From: Pseudomonadota bacterium
GTDB lineage: Bacteria > Bdellovibrionota_C > UBA2361 > OMII01
Length of the DNA stretch: 64,000 nt
Reading direction: 5' to 3'
Assembly: GCA_038134595.1 (NCBI GenBank)
Contig: JAYPVM010000001.1
Location: 1 to 64,000 of the forward strand
Shown: positions 49,214-59,066 of the stretch, piece by piece
How positions within the stretch are numbered: position 1 is the first letter of the stretch
Layout of the letters: each line of letters starts with the position of its first letter
Position numbers and translations under genes: made by a program
Notes under the pieces: model-generated
What the model was told of the DNA's origin: nothing
Database searches by the model: none
Seen by the model: the letters and a program-made list of their open reading frames with translations, nothing else

Positions 49214-49564
49214 CTATTCTTCTAATTTTTTCCGCTGCTCATCCCCAAAACCTACAAACTGCGTATCCTCAGATATAACAAAGGGGCGTTTCACGAGCAT
49301 ACCTTCACCATGAAGAACTGTAATCGCATCAGCAACACTCATGTCCTTTATTTTATCTTTATATCCCCCCTCTCGATACAACTTACCCGAGGTGTTAAAC
49401 AGTTTTCTTAGGTCGCCACCCATGGCTAGGTACATTTTCTTTAGCTCTGATTTAGTCGGTGCTTTTTCGGATATATCAATCGCCTGATAACTTGTCTTTT
49501 TGCTATCTAGGTACTTAAGTGCCTGCCTGCACGTACTGCATTTGGGATAAAAATAAACTTTCAT
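49214..49564 (-). CDS. ArsC/Spx/YffB-family protein
   Basis: YPKCSTCRQA, FNTSG..YRE, LVKRP. Confidence 0.92.
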   Translation of the reverse strand: MKVYFYPKCSTCRQALKYLDSKKTSYQAIDISEKAPTKSELKKMYLAMGGDLRKLFNTSGKLYREGGYKDKIKDMSVADAITVLHGEGMLVKRPFVISEDTQFVGFGDEQRKKLEE

Positions 49565-49727
49565 CGATTATTTTCTTTTATAAATTCTAACGCCTGGCAC
49601 CATCAACTTACACCACATCGCCAGACTGAAACAGTCCTCAGCAACAAAATAGCTCGCTAATACAATACAGAGGCCGTGCTCTCAGCTGTCGAATCTCATG
49701 AGATGCGATGCTTTATTTTCTAGTTCT

Positions 49728-50090
49728 CTAAGCAGAAACTATGTCCTGTTCGAGTGAACCAACAGCTGTCAACATCGCTTGAACATCGGCATCTTCCATT
49801 CCCGCCTCCTGCAGCGATTCTCGGAGAGCTATCGCTACGAGTGCAAAGGCCTCTTTTGAGACCTTAAGATGCGCATGAGCATCTTTTAGCGAACGGCCCT
49901 CATAAAACGTAGTAGGTGCACCCATAGCCTCCGCGATAAAGTTAACCTGATGTTCAGTCAACTTCTGCATATCGATCCCATCAAAATACGGACGCAGTTC
50001 TGGAACGGCGAGCACCTTGCGGTAAAAAGAATTTACTATCGGAACGGTTGTTACAATCCCTCCGTACTTATCAAACAGTGATTGGTCCAT
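49728..50090 (-). CDS. Group 1 truncated hemoglobin
   Basis: SLFDKYGG, FY..V, HQ..F, YEGRSLKDAH. Confidence 0.92.
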   Translation of the reverse strand: MDQSLFDKYGGIVTTVPIVNSFYRKVLAVPELRPYFDGIDMQKLTEHQVNFIAEAMGAPTTFYEGRSLKDAHAHLKVSKEAFALVAIALRESLQEAGMEDADVQAMLTAVGSLEQDIVSA

Positions 50091-50194
50091 TGCTTCTCCC
50101 TTTTTAAGGGCGCACTTTAAACGATAGTACCCGATACGGCTTCCGGCTGGTGTCCACCTAATTTAGTAGTCGACGGACAGAAGAAGCGCATCGC

Positions 50195-51730
50195 TCAAGG
50201 CTTAAGAAATTGCAGCGTCTTTTTAAGACGACTATACAATACCTTTAGAAACACGAAAACACTTAGTTCATGACGACCCGAGCCGTTATTTCTTGAGATC
50301 GAGAAATCGATTTCTTCTTGTATATCTGCACCCGCTACATTTCCTCCATTACTAAAACTATTTTCGTTGAATGCACTAAGCCTACCCTCGAACTCTTGCG
50401 TTCTTTGTGCAATCTCGGCCCGTATATTGAAATTAGATACCTCCTGCTTAACCTTCTCGATAGCCTCAAACAAACTCTGGGAGGCTGCTCGAACTCTCTC
50501 ACAGGACAATCCACTTACATCCCTCTGATGGCGGTCGGACATCTCCCGCAATGCTTCCGCCAAGCAAATTAGGTGCTCTACCTCACTAAGTTCCTGATTA
50601 TCCCGTATACCCTGGCTTCTCTCGAGATACGCAACAAGCAATCGCTCAAAGGCCTCAAGATCTGCTTCCTTGGGACATACGATCTCATCGAATTGCCAGT
50701 TACGAATCGAATGCATCGTAGTAGACCAACTCTCAAGCTTTTCATGCACTCCCACGCTATTGTCTTCTGCCTTCACGCACGTATCGCCTATCAAGAACGT
50801 ATGGAGCACGTGGCTTCCCATAGGATTATCTCTTAGAGTAGAAAGGCCATCGGTAACTAACATCACATCAATACGGCGGGACTTAGGCCAAGTATCGAGG
50901 TCCGTAGCGGTAAACTCCAATGCCTCCTGAAGCTTCGTTGTCCCTATGTTTTCAAAGCCCATCAGCTCACGAGCTAGCGGCGCGAGCTCTTCTGCACTGT
51001 GTTTTGAACTAAGATTGCCTACCTCTGAATTAAATGGTCGAACATGCATCTCCGCGCCACGCTCCAAGGCATTGATGAGAAAAGCGAGGCCCAAGCCACG
51101 CGCCACAGCATTTCTCACATCCGGCTTGTATTCACCCTCTGGTATAGCTCCGTTCATAGATTGAGAGGTATCAAGAACTAGATACGCTCTTAATTCACTA
51201 TGAGCTGTACTACCAAAATCTTCGCTGTCGCTCTGGGAGCGCTCATCTGGCAGTTCCTCAGTGCGGCTGGAACTCGGGTGAAGCATCGCGCGCTTCGATA
51301 GATTGCCATTGACTAATTGATACAACAGAACATCATCTGGATAGCAACGCTGGTAGGGCAAAACAAATGGCAGATCGAAGACCCCTGCTCTGCCGATATC
51401 CATTCTCTCGGAAGGTGCGTTTGACTTATGATGACTGGAGCCCTCTGGGAGTATATGAGTCACACCGGCATTATTATCATTCTGTACCACACCATCGCCT
51501 ACGCCCTTTTCTTGCGTGGTCGGCAACTTGATCTCCTCTACTACTCCCATCAACGATCGTGCTGCCAAGAAATATGCGAGTGCTTTTGGCGAAACTTCAG
51601 ATAAGCTTACACCATAGCAATCCACAAAGTCGGGCAATGGCAACCGCGCGGAACATTTTGGAAGTGCCGTATTGACCAAATCTTTTCTCTCAGCGTTATG
51701 CGAGCGCCCGGAGGGAAATTCGTATTGCAC
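50195..51730 (-). CDS. vWA-domain protein (ViaA-like MoxR partner)
   Basis: MIDAS residues DTSQS, GTT and VTDG; GGAGG RBS. Confidence 0.8.
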   Translation of the reverse strand: MQYEFPSGRSHNAERKDLVNTALPKCSARLPLPDFVDCYGVSLSEVSPKALAYFLAARSLMGVVEEIKLPTTQEKGVGDGVVQNDNNAGVTHILPEGSSHHKSNAPSERMDIGRAGVFDLPFVLPYQRCYPDDVLLYQLVNGNLSKRAMLHPSSSRTEELPDERSQSDSEDFGSTAHSELRAYLVLDTSQSMNGAIPEGEYKPDVRNAVARGLGLAFLINALERGAEMHVRPFNSEVGNLSSKHSAEELAPLARELMGFENIGTTKLQEALEFTATDLDTWPKSRRIDVMLVTDGLSTLRDNPMGSHVLHTFLIGDTCVKAEDNSVGVHEKLESWSTTMHSIRNWQFDEIVCPKEADLEAFERLLVAYLERSQGIRDNQELSEVEHLICLAEALREMSDRHQRDVSGLSCERVRAASQSLFEAIEKVKQEVSNFNIRAEIAQRTQEFEGRLSAFNENSFSNGGNVAGADIQEEIDFSISRNNGSGRHELSVFVFLKVLYSRLKKTLQFLKP

Positions 51731-51742
51731 GCCGCCTCCCTC

Positions 51743-53104
51743 TTAATACTGCCCCTGAGTCACATCAGTGTCCTGCCCTTCAGCGGCCCTGCTTTGCTTT
51801 ATTGCTTCTTGCACCGTAGCTCGGAGGTCGTCCCGATATCGCCTAAAATACGGTAACGATGGCTGCAATTTATCAAGAGCCGCAAGAACACCCTGATAAG
51901 AGCACTTCTGCGCGGAGGTAATCCCTAGAAACGTCAACAAATGCTGCGATAGCGTTAGTTTACAAAGCTCTTCTCCCCTCTCAATCAGTCGAGTCAGCTC
52001 TGTCAAAGATCCCAAAGTCGACACCACGTTCGCCTCTCCGCCACTAGCGCTTCGCATAACCTCTGACCACGAACCCCTAAAAGCTTCTCTATCTGCTTCG
52101 CTCAGGTGCACAGGAACCAACAATGCAAGGCAAGAGAGATCATCTAAGGTAGCGGCTAATTGCCCCCGCAATAGTGCATGAGCTTTGATTATGCGCCCCA
52201 TCTGCCGAAACGTTCTGCCGCTAACATCGACTGACGACTCTGATGTTCGACTGTTATACTCTGAAATAATTGCATCAAGATACATAGCAACATCATGTGA
52301 AAGATTCATTTCATCAACATGCCGATTTATCGCTGATAATTCTGTGGTTGATATCTTTTGGGCCTCAGATATCGAAGGAACATCACAAAGAGCCTCTCGG
52401 TTCCGGAGAATAGCCTGTCTTTCGATGGTAGAGAGATTGGGAGAAATTTCAGATTGAAATATAAACCGATCCAGGAAAGCCCCGGTTTTTTCATTCTTCC
52501 GAACATAATTACCACAGGCAATGACTGTTCGAAGCGGTGACTGCACCATCTGATCGCCGTTCTTGTACCGTCTATCGGATAGCGTCCACAACAAACTACG
52601 GAGCAGTTCATCACGCCCATCGAATATCTCATCAAGAAAGGCCACCTCCGACGCGACTATGCCACTTTCAACATTTCGGCGGCCTGTTCCATCTTTAATA
52701 CGGTCAAATGGAATAAACCCATATAACTGGTCCTCTGTGGTCTCAAGCGTTATCTGGTTCTCGTAGCGTTTTACATCTGATGCAAACAAATTAAGCACTG
52801 CTCTTGCATAGTATGATTTTCCTAGTCCAGTAGGCCCCACCAGGAGGTGATGATTTCCGGTAGCTAGCGCCAACTGCGTTTGTACCATTACCTGATCATA
52901 TCCCCTGACATATTTTGAAATATGCTCAAACCCTGCTTTCATTTTAGCAACAACTTGCTGAATGGAATGTGTTTCCCGCTCGCGGGAGTCTTGCAACGCG
53001 CATCTATCGATAGAGGGATGCAACGTAACATTCAAGTCAACTTGATCCGAACCAACTGGCGCACGGAGATGATAGTCCTCGTTAGGCATCTGTAATTGGG
53101 TCAT
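51743..53104 (-). CDS. MoxR-family AAA+ ATPase (RavA-like)
   Basis: Walker A GPTGLGKS, Walker B AFLDEIF, AFLDRF, VSGR. Confidence 0.85.
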   Translation of the reverse strand: MTQLQMPNEDYHLRAPVGSDQVDLNVTLHPSIDRCALQDSRERETHSIQQVVAKMKAGFEHISKYVRGYDQVMVQTQLALATGNHHLLVGPTGLGKSYYARAVLNLFASDVKRYENQITLETTEDQLYGFIPFDRIKDGTGRRNVESGIVASEVAFLDEIFDGRDELLRSLLWTLSDRRYKNGDQMVQSPLRTVIACGNYVRKNEKTGAFLDRFIFQSEISPNLSTIERQAILRNREALCDVPSISEAQKISTTELSAINRHVDEMNLSHDVAMYLDAIISEYNSRTSESSVDVSGRTFRQMGRIIKAHALLRGQLAATLDDLSCLALLVPVHLSEADREAFRGSWSEVMRSASGGEANVVSTLGSLTELTRLIERGEELCKLTLSQHLLTFLGITSAQKCSYQGVLAALDKLQPSLPYFRRYRDDLRATVQEAIKQSRAAEGQDTDVTQGQY

Positions 53105-53409
53105 GATTGATTTCTCCTTCCTGCCAATCGTCTGTATCCGAGACTATCAAATGATTCTGGACTATTAAAACCAAACAAGAATCTTGCTTTGCCACGCAAA
53201 CAACAACCTCTCGATAAAGATAGATTCGATCTCTTGAGTGCCCTAGAATTCTTACGCCCATTTCAATCGGAGCCAACCTGCAGGACAAAACAATGTCACA
53301 AACGTCAGACAAGTTGCCGCCTCCTCTGCATGGACGGTTCCACAGACACCAGACTAGAAAGTACGGGCTACTTCTTTCCATTTTAGGGCTATGGGTATAC
53401 ATTTCGCCC

Positions 53410-54279
53410 ATGGCTGACTCTATTATCAACTCTCAATCTATCAATTCTGCGGACATTCTTTTGCTTGGCGCCTGTTACGATCTCACATCCAGCTTTGGAA
53501 AGGGTGCCAATCGTGGCCCCCAAGCTATCGTTGATACGCTTCATACCCAAATCGAGTTTCTTGACCGCGAAAGTCAAGTATCTCCGGCAGAGCACTTGGC
53601 TATTGCGTACAACGAGATCGAAGGTCTCCCTGATGCATCACCAGAGGATATGGTCTCCTCAATTGCCGCCCAATATGCTGAGCACTCATCGTCATTTAAA
53701 ATCCTACTAGGAGGAGAGCATTCAGTAACAAATGGACCGTTACGCTATTTTGCTTCAGACGCTAGCGATATCACTGTTCTACAGATAGATGCCCACGCTG
53801 ATTTGCGCTTCGACGATAGCGACTACAACGATACCCCCTACGGTATATACGCTCATTCAGCTGTTATGAGACGAGGTCTTGAATTAGGATATAATATTGT
53901 TCAAGTCGGTCTTCGCGCCTTCTCTGCCGAAGAACAGAGCTTGTTTTCTCACGAGCGGATCACAGCACTCGAAAGAAGGCGACAAGAAATATCTCCGGAG
54001 GCGGTTCTTTCTCACATCAAAACCGACAAAGTATACCTTACAATCGATCTAGATGGTTTCGATCCCAGTGTCATGCCTGCCACGGGCACTCCAGTACCCG
54101 GCGGTCTCGGTTGGTACGAGGGGCTCGATATTGCGCGAGCAGTTATTCAGAATCACTCATTAGTTGGATTCGATATTGTAGAACTCGCGACCCGATCGAT
54201 AGACTCAATCACGCAATACAACGCCGCTCAACTTTGTTATTCACTAATTGCCGAACTGTATAAAAAAGGAGAAATATAG
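53410..54279 (+). CDS. speB: Agmatinase
   Basis: GGEHS, DAHAD, DLDGFDPS..PATGTPVPGG. Start at ATG 53410. Confidence 0.92.
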   Translation: MADSIINSQSINSADILLLGACYDLTSSFGKGANRGPQAIVDTLHTQIEFLDRESQVSPAEHLAIAYNEIEGLPDASPEDMVSSIAAQYAEHSSSFKILLGGEHSVTNGPLRYFASDASDITVLQIDAHADLRFDDSDYNDTPYGIYAHSAVMRRGLELGYNIVQVGLRAFSAEEQSLFSHERITALERRRQEISPEAVLSHIKTDKVYLTIDLDGFDPSVMPATGTPVPGGLGWYEGLDIARAVIQNHSLVGFDIVELATRSIDSITQYNAAQLCYSLIAELYKKGEI

Positions 54280-54281
54280 AA

Positions 54282-56186
54282 TTGGAAGACCGGTGGAATA
54301 TATCGAAAAGCGCCCAAACGTATCGACTCGAAGCTTGGGGCACACCCTACTTTACCATAACCAAAGACGGGCATTTAAACGTTCAGCCCTCAGCCGACAA
54401 TAAATCAATCGACCTCTACAAGCTTACGAGCTCAATGGCACGCAGAGGAGTAAAAACTCCGATTCTATTTCGATTTGAAGGTATTATCTGGGACAGACTA
54501 GAGAGGATTTTTCAAAGCTTTGACAAAGCATGTCGCGAGTACGAATACGGGGGATCGTATCGATTAGCATTCCCGATTAAAGTCAATCAGCAACGACACG
54601 TCATCGACTCCGTTCGAAAGGCTCGCTCTGATGCTCGATTGGGTCTTGAAGTGGGAAGCAAGCCAGAGCTCGTTGCAATGCTTGCAGCGCATAACACTCC
54701 CGATTCGCTATTACTCTGCAATGGCTACAAGGATGACGAATATATCGAACTGGCTCTGCTTAACCGAAAGCTTGGTCGCCGAACTATTATCACGGTCGAG
54801 CAACTCCACGAAATCGATATGATCCTAGACGTTGCAAAGAAACTAGACGTCCAACCAGAGATAGGAATTCGGTTTAAACCCTCCGGAAAGGGATTCGGCC
54901 GGTGGGAGAGCTCGGCAGGGCCGAAGGCAAAATTTGGCCTCACAGCTCATGAAGTAGTACAGGCAATGGACCTCCTAAAACAGCGTGGTGCCGATGATTC
55001 CTTAAAGCTTCTACACTTTCATGTTGGCAGTCAAATCACCTCAATATCCGCTCTCAAGGATGTCCTACGGGAAGCCTCACAGATGTATACAGAGGTGGCC
55101 AAGGAATTTCCTAGCCTTTGCTTCTGGGATGTCGGTGGAGGGCTGGCTGTTGACTATGACGGCTCGCGCACCACATTTGATTCCTCAATGAACTATACAA
55201 TCGATGAGTACGCTATGGACGTAGTTGCCTACATCCATGAGGCCTGCGAATCGGCAAATATTCCTGCACCCGACATTATTAGTGAATCGGGCCGAGCTAT
55301 ATTAGCCCATCACGCCGTCCTCGTAACAGAGGTAACGGATGTTATGCTTAGCGAACCCGAAATGCCCGATGTAGACAATCCCCCGGGCTCTTGTAGTGAG
55401 CTACTCGAACTATGTGAAACCGCAAAAGAACTAACCCTTAAAAACTGTTTAGTATCTTTCCACGATATGCAAGATTCAGGTATTGCTATTGAACAGCTGT
55501 TTAAACTAGGGCAGATATCTCTCCGGGAACGGGCATTTGCACAACAAGTAATCTCTGCCAGCCGACGAAAGATTATAAACTTAAGCAAGCAACTCTCTCA
55601 CATTCCAGAGGAGATAGCTTTAGCCCGCGAGAAAATGACTGATACGTATTTCTGTAACTTCTCAGTGTTCCAGTCGATTCCTGACTTCTGGGCAATCGGT
55701 CAGCTTTTTCCGACAATTCCGCTACAACGGCTCGACGAAGAACCCACGCAACGAGGAATAATAGCAGACCTGACATGCGACAGCGACGGTAAGATCGATA
55801 AGTTTATCGATCTTCGAGATGTTGCTAACGCCCTGCCCCTTCATACGTTCCGTGAAGACGAGCCGTACTATATCGGCTTCTTTTTGGTCGGCGCATATCA
55901 AGAAATCCTAGGAGATCTTCACAATCTTTTCGGAGATACCCACGCCGTTCATATTCATATCAATGAAGACGGATCATATGAAATCCCATCGCTCGTTGAA
56001 GGCGACACAGTTAAGGAGGTTCTTAAGTATGTTCAATACGACTCTGAAGAACTTGAGGAGCAAATTCGTACTGCAATAGATCTTGCATGTCGATACAAGG
56101 GTCTAAGTGATAGTGATGCCGCATACATTAGAGCAAGATATCGCGATGCACTCGGAGGATATACCTACCTTGTAAAACACAACTAG
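54282..56186 (+). CDS. speA: Biosynthetic arginine decarboxylase
   Basis: FPIKVNQ, GLEVGSKPEL, HFHVGSQI, ESGRA, TCDSDG, GAYQEILGDLHNLFG; TTG start with AGGAG RBS. Confidence 0.96.
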   Translation: MEDRWNISKSAQTYRLEAWGTPYFTITKDGHLNVQPSADNKSIDLYKLTSSMARRGVKTPILFRFEGIIWDRLERIFQSFDKACREYEYGGSYRLAFPIKVNQQRHVIDSVRKARSDARLGLEVGSKPELVAMLAAHNTPDSLLLCNGYKDDEYIELALLNRKLGRRTIITVEQLHEIDMILDVAKKLDVQPEIGIRFKPSGKGFGRWESSAGPKAKFGLTAHEVVQAMDLLKQRGADDSLKLLHFHVGSQITSISALKDVLREASQMYTEVAKEFPSLCFWDVGGGLAVDYDGSRTTFDSSMNYTIDEYAMDVVAYIHEACESANIPAPDIISESGRAILAHHAVLVTEVTDVMLSEPEMPDVDNPPGSCSELLELCETAKELTLKNCLVSFHDMQDSGIAIEQLFKLGQISLRERAFAQQVISASRRKIINLSKQLSHIPEEIALAREKMTDTYFCNFSVFQSIPDFWAIGQLFPTIPLQRLDEEPTQRGIIADLTCDSDGKIDKFIDLRDVANALPLHTFREDEPYYIGFFLVGAYQEILGDLHNLFGDTHAVHIHINEDGSYEIPSLVEGDTVKEVLKYVQYDSEELEEQIRTAIDLACRYKGLSDSDAAYIRARYRDALGGYTYLVKHN

Positions 56187-56234
56187 ACAAACACTTAGCA
56201 ACTTACTTTCACTATTAAACACGGAACGAACACA

Positions 56235-57332
56235 ATGAAAAAGAAATACACAAAACTCTCAAAAGAACTCCGTAAATTCATAGTTCCTGAGAGTGATCTA
56301 TCCTCTCACGGAAGACTCTCAACATCCAAGGGAACAAAAACTGGTGTAGTATCATCATATGCTGAACGCACTCTACGGCATTGCAATGGGGGCGCAACGC
56401 TTCAATCAGCTTTGTGGCTTAAAGAGCATCTCGATAATGGTGGAAAACTTGTTGTAAGCGTTGCCGGGGCGCTCAGCTCATTTCAAGTTGGCATTATGCT
56501 CTCTGAGCTAATTCGTCAGGACAAAGTTCACCTTGTCTCCGCAACTGCGGCCAACCACGAAGAGTCTTTTTATAGATATGTGGCACACTCCCATTACGCC
56601 TATATTCCTCGTTATACAGAACTTACTCCAGTCCAGGAAGCAGAGCTCCGTGATGCTGGATTAAGGCGGATTACGGACACGTTCCTACCAGAGGATGAGA
56701 GTGTGCGTATTATGGAGCCTCATTTGGTTAAGATGTGGCACGCGGCTCAACAAAATGGAGAGCGATACTTTCCTCACGAGTACTTCCGCAGGCTCTTTAA
56801 GGAAAAGCTCATCAAACCTGATTCTATGGCAAACCCCGATGATTGCTGGACGTATGCAGCGTATGAAAAAGACATTCCTATTGTCATTCCAGGATTTGAG
56901 GACAGCACCATGGGTAACATCTTTGCGAGCTATACATACTCCGGAAAATACCGAAAAAATCCTGACGTTGTTTTCGAGCAAAATATCATGAAATCTGGGC
57001 TTGAATACTTTACCATGCTCTATGACTGGTACGGAGACATCTCGAAAAAACATCCCGTTGCATTCTTACAATTAGGCGGTGGCATTGCAGCAGATTTTCC
57101 AATCTGTGTCGTACCCTCTATCAAACACGACTTGCAAAAACACCGCGTGCGTGATTGGGCAGGATTTATAGAAATCGGCTCTTCTCCCATGTCGTACGGC
57201 TCCTACTCCGGAGCTGGTGGAAAAGAAAAGATTACCTGGGATAAGCTTTCAACGAAGAGCTATTATCAGATTATACAGAGCGATGTGACGGTTGTTTTTC
57301 CGTGGATAGCGGCGATCTTGTTAGGGCTATAA
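56235..57332 (+). CDS. Deoxyhypusine synthase-like protein (probable homospermidine synthase)
   Basis: AGALSS, PGFEDSTMGN, GGGIAADFPICVVP, SYGSYSGA..EKITWDK; in an operon with speB and speA. Confidence 0.88.
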   Translation: MKKKYTKLSKELRKFIVPESDLSSHGRLSTSKGTKTGVVSSYAERTLRHCNGGATLQSALWLKEHLDNGGKLVVSVAGALSSFQVGIMLSELIRQDKVHLVSATAANHEESFYRYVAHSHYAYIPRYTELTPVQEAELRDAGLRRITDTFLPEDESVRIMEPHLVKMWHAAQQNGERYFPHEYFRRLFKEKLIKPDSMANPDDCWTYAAYEKDIPIVIPGFEDSTMGNIFASYTYSGKYRKNPDVVFEQNIMKSGLEYFTMLYDWYGDISKKHPVAFLQLGGGIAADFPICVVPSIKHDLQKHRVRDWAGFIEIGSSPMSYGSYSGAGGKEKITWDKLSTKSYYQIIQSDVTVVFPWIAAILLGL

Positions 57333-57558
57333 CGGCATTTAATCTCACATCCATGCGCCGCAAACAACTAAAAATAGTACGTTTTTTACGGTTACCATTC
57401 CTGCCGCAAAACCGTTTCCCGTAGGGATAGGAGATCCCACTAGAGTGGTGTGGCTCATCCCCTGTAGGCTACATACAAATAACTTTGTGGCTGATGCTTC
57501 CCAGTGGGGTACAATGGTCAGAGAACACTGATCTATTATATCAACCCGCATCAGCAAT

Positions 57559-59046
57559 ATGAAAGAAACTGGTATCATACCACCTCCCGATCCCTTTCAG
57601 GCCAGCAATCTCTCTAACGGGATGTGGTGTCGAAGCACCGCAAGCACAATCATTCACTCGCCATATACAAACACACCACTTTGCTCTGTAAGCTACGCCG
57701 GAGAATCGCTCATAGAGGAAACTATCGCCTCAGCGAGTAATGCATTCAAGGAGTGGCGCCTTGTTCCAATAAAGGAGCGCTGTGCAATCTTACTCCGCTT
57801 TCGAGAACTTCTTCTTCGAGACATCGAGAGACTTTCAATAAGTGCAAGCCTTGAATCAGGAAAAGTTCTTGCAGAAGCTCGCGCGGAGGTCCTTAAAGGC
57901 ATCGAGGTCTTAGAATTTGCCACCAGCCTCCAAAATACAGACTATGGAGGGAGTCTAGAAGTAAGTCGCGGAGTGACCTGCGAATACCGACGCGAACCCC
58001 TGGGAGTAGTGCTCGGCATTACCCCGTTTAACTTTCCAGCGATGGTTCCTATGTGGATGATTCCCATTGCAATTGCGGTCGGAAACGCATTTATTTTAAA
58101 GCCCTCCGAAAAGGTGCCCTATACTGCTTGTATTTTGGGAGAGCTTTTAGTTGAGGCTGGCCTTCCATCGGGTGTCTTTTCAATTCTTCATGGAGATAAA
58201 GAAGTAGTAGAAAAGCTAGCTTCTCATCCGAACATTTCAGCGGTTGGTTTCGTCGGCTCTACCTCCGCCGCTAGAGCTGTATACAAAAAAGCAACTCAAG
58301 CAGATAAAAGAGCCCTCTGCTTAGGGGGCGCAAAAAACCATATTATCGTTGTCCCGGATGCTCCACACGACCTTACAGTAGATGGGATTGTAGCTTCCTA
58401 CACAGGTTGCGCTGGTCAGCGATGTATGGCCACAAGCGTTCTCGTATGCGTCGGAGATACATCAAAAATTATCGATGATGTTATTCTTAAATCCAAGAGA
58501 CTTCGTCTTGGCGAAGATATGGGCTGCCTTATCGACACGCAGGCCATTACTCGACTCCGAGACGCTCTCGACATCGCAAGCGAGCAGGGCGCAGAGATTC
58601 TACTCGATGGAAGACAAGGTGAAAACGATATACCAACACTATATAAAAACGGAAATTGGCTCGGACCATCAATACTCGACAACACCTCTCAAAATATGGA
58701 CTGCGGATGTACCGAACTATTTGGGCCTATTCTCTCAATCACACATGTAGATACCCTCGACGAAGCGCTTAAACTCGAACATAGGTGTCCATACGGCAAT
58801 GCAACGTCGGTGTTTACTACAAGTGGCAATGTCGCCCGTCACGTAGCACACAACGCCTCATCAGGCATGATTGGTATAAACATCGGCGTTCCCGTTCCCC
58901 GAGAGCCGTTTTCTTTTGGTGGAACCAAAGGCTCAAAATTTGGTCACGGCGATATCACTGGTACGGATGGAGTGGATTTTTGGTCGACGAAGAAGAAGAT
59001 CACAACGAAATGGAGCAAGCAAACCGACAAGAACTGGATGTCATAG
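57559..59046 (+). CDS. mmsA: CoA-acylating (methyl)malonate-semialdehyde dehydrogenase
   Basis: ITPFNFPAMVP, KPSEKVP, GGAKNH, GCAGQRCMA, ELFGP, GINIGVPVP, FSFGG.K.S.FG. Confidence 0.9.
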   Translation: MKETGIIPPPDPFQASNLSNGMWCRSTASTIIHSPYTNTPLCSVSYAGESLIEETIASASNAFKEWRLVPIKERCAILLRFRELLLRDIERLSISASLESGKVLAEARAEVLKGIEVLEFATSLQNTDYGGSLEVSRGVTCEYRREPLGVVLGITPFNFPAMVPMWMIPIAIAVGNAFILKPSEKVPYTACILGELLVEAGLPSGVFSILHGDKEVVEKLASHPNISAVGFVGSTSAARAVYKKATQADKRALCLGGAKNHIIVVPDAPHDLTVDGIVASYTGCAGQRCMATSVLVCVGDTSKIIDDVILKSKRLRLGEDMGCLIDTQAITRLRDALDIASEQGAEILLDGRQGENDIPTLYKNGNWLGPSILDNTSQNMDCGCTELFGPILSITHVDTLDEALKLEHRCPYGNATSVFTTSGNVARHVAHNASSGMIGINIGVPVPREPFSFGGTKGSKFGHGDITGTDGVDFWSTKKKITTKWSKQTDKNWMS

Positions 59047-59066
59047 GTTTTATCAAAGGTCCTCAA

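Noticed and set aside
53293..53409. 39-aa N-terminal extension of agmatinase in the ORF track
   Set aside because: No similarity to the ureohydrolase fold; a -10-like box sits directly before ATG 53410.
58785..59066. 94-aa N-terminal extension of URC1
   Set aside because: Overlaps the mmsA coding region in another frame; family similarity begins at MGSEKKPIKPIILTSHP (59067).
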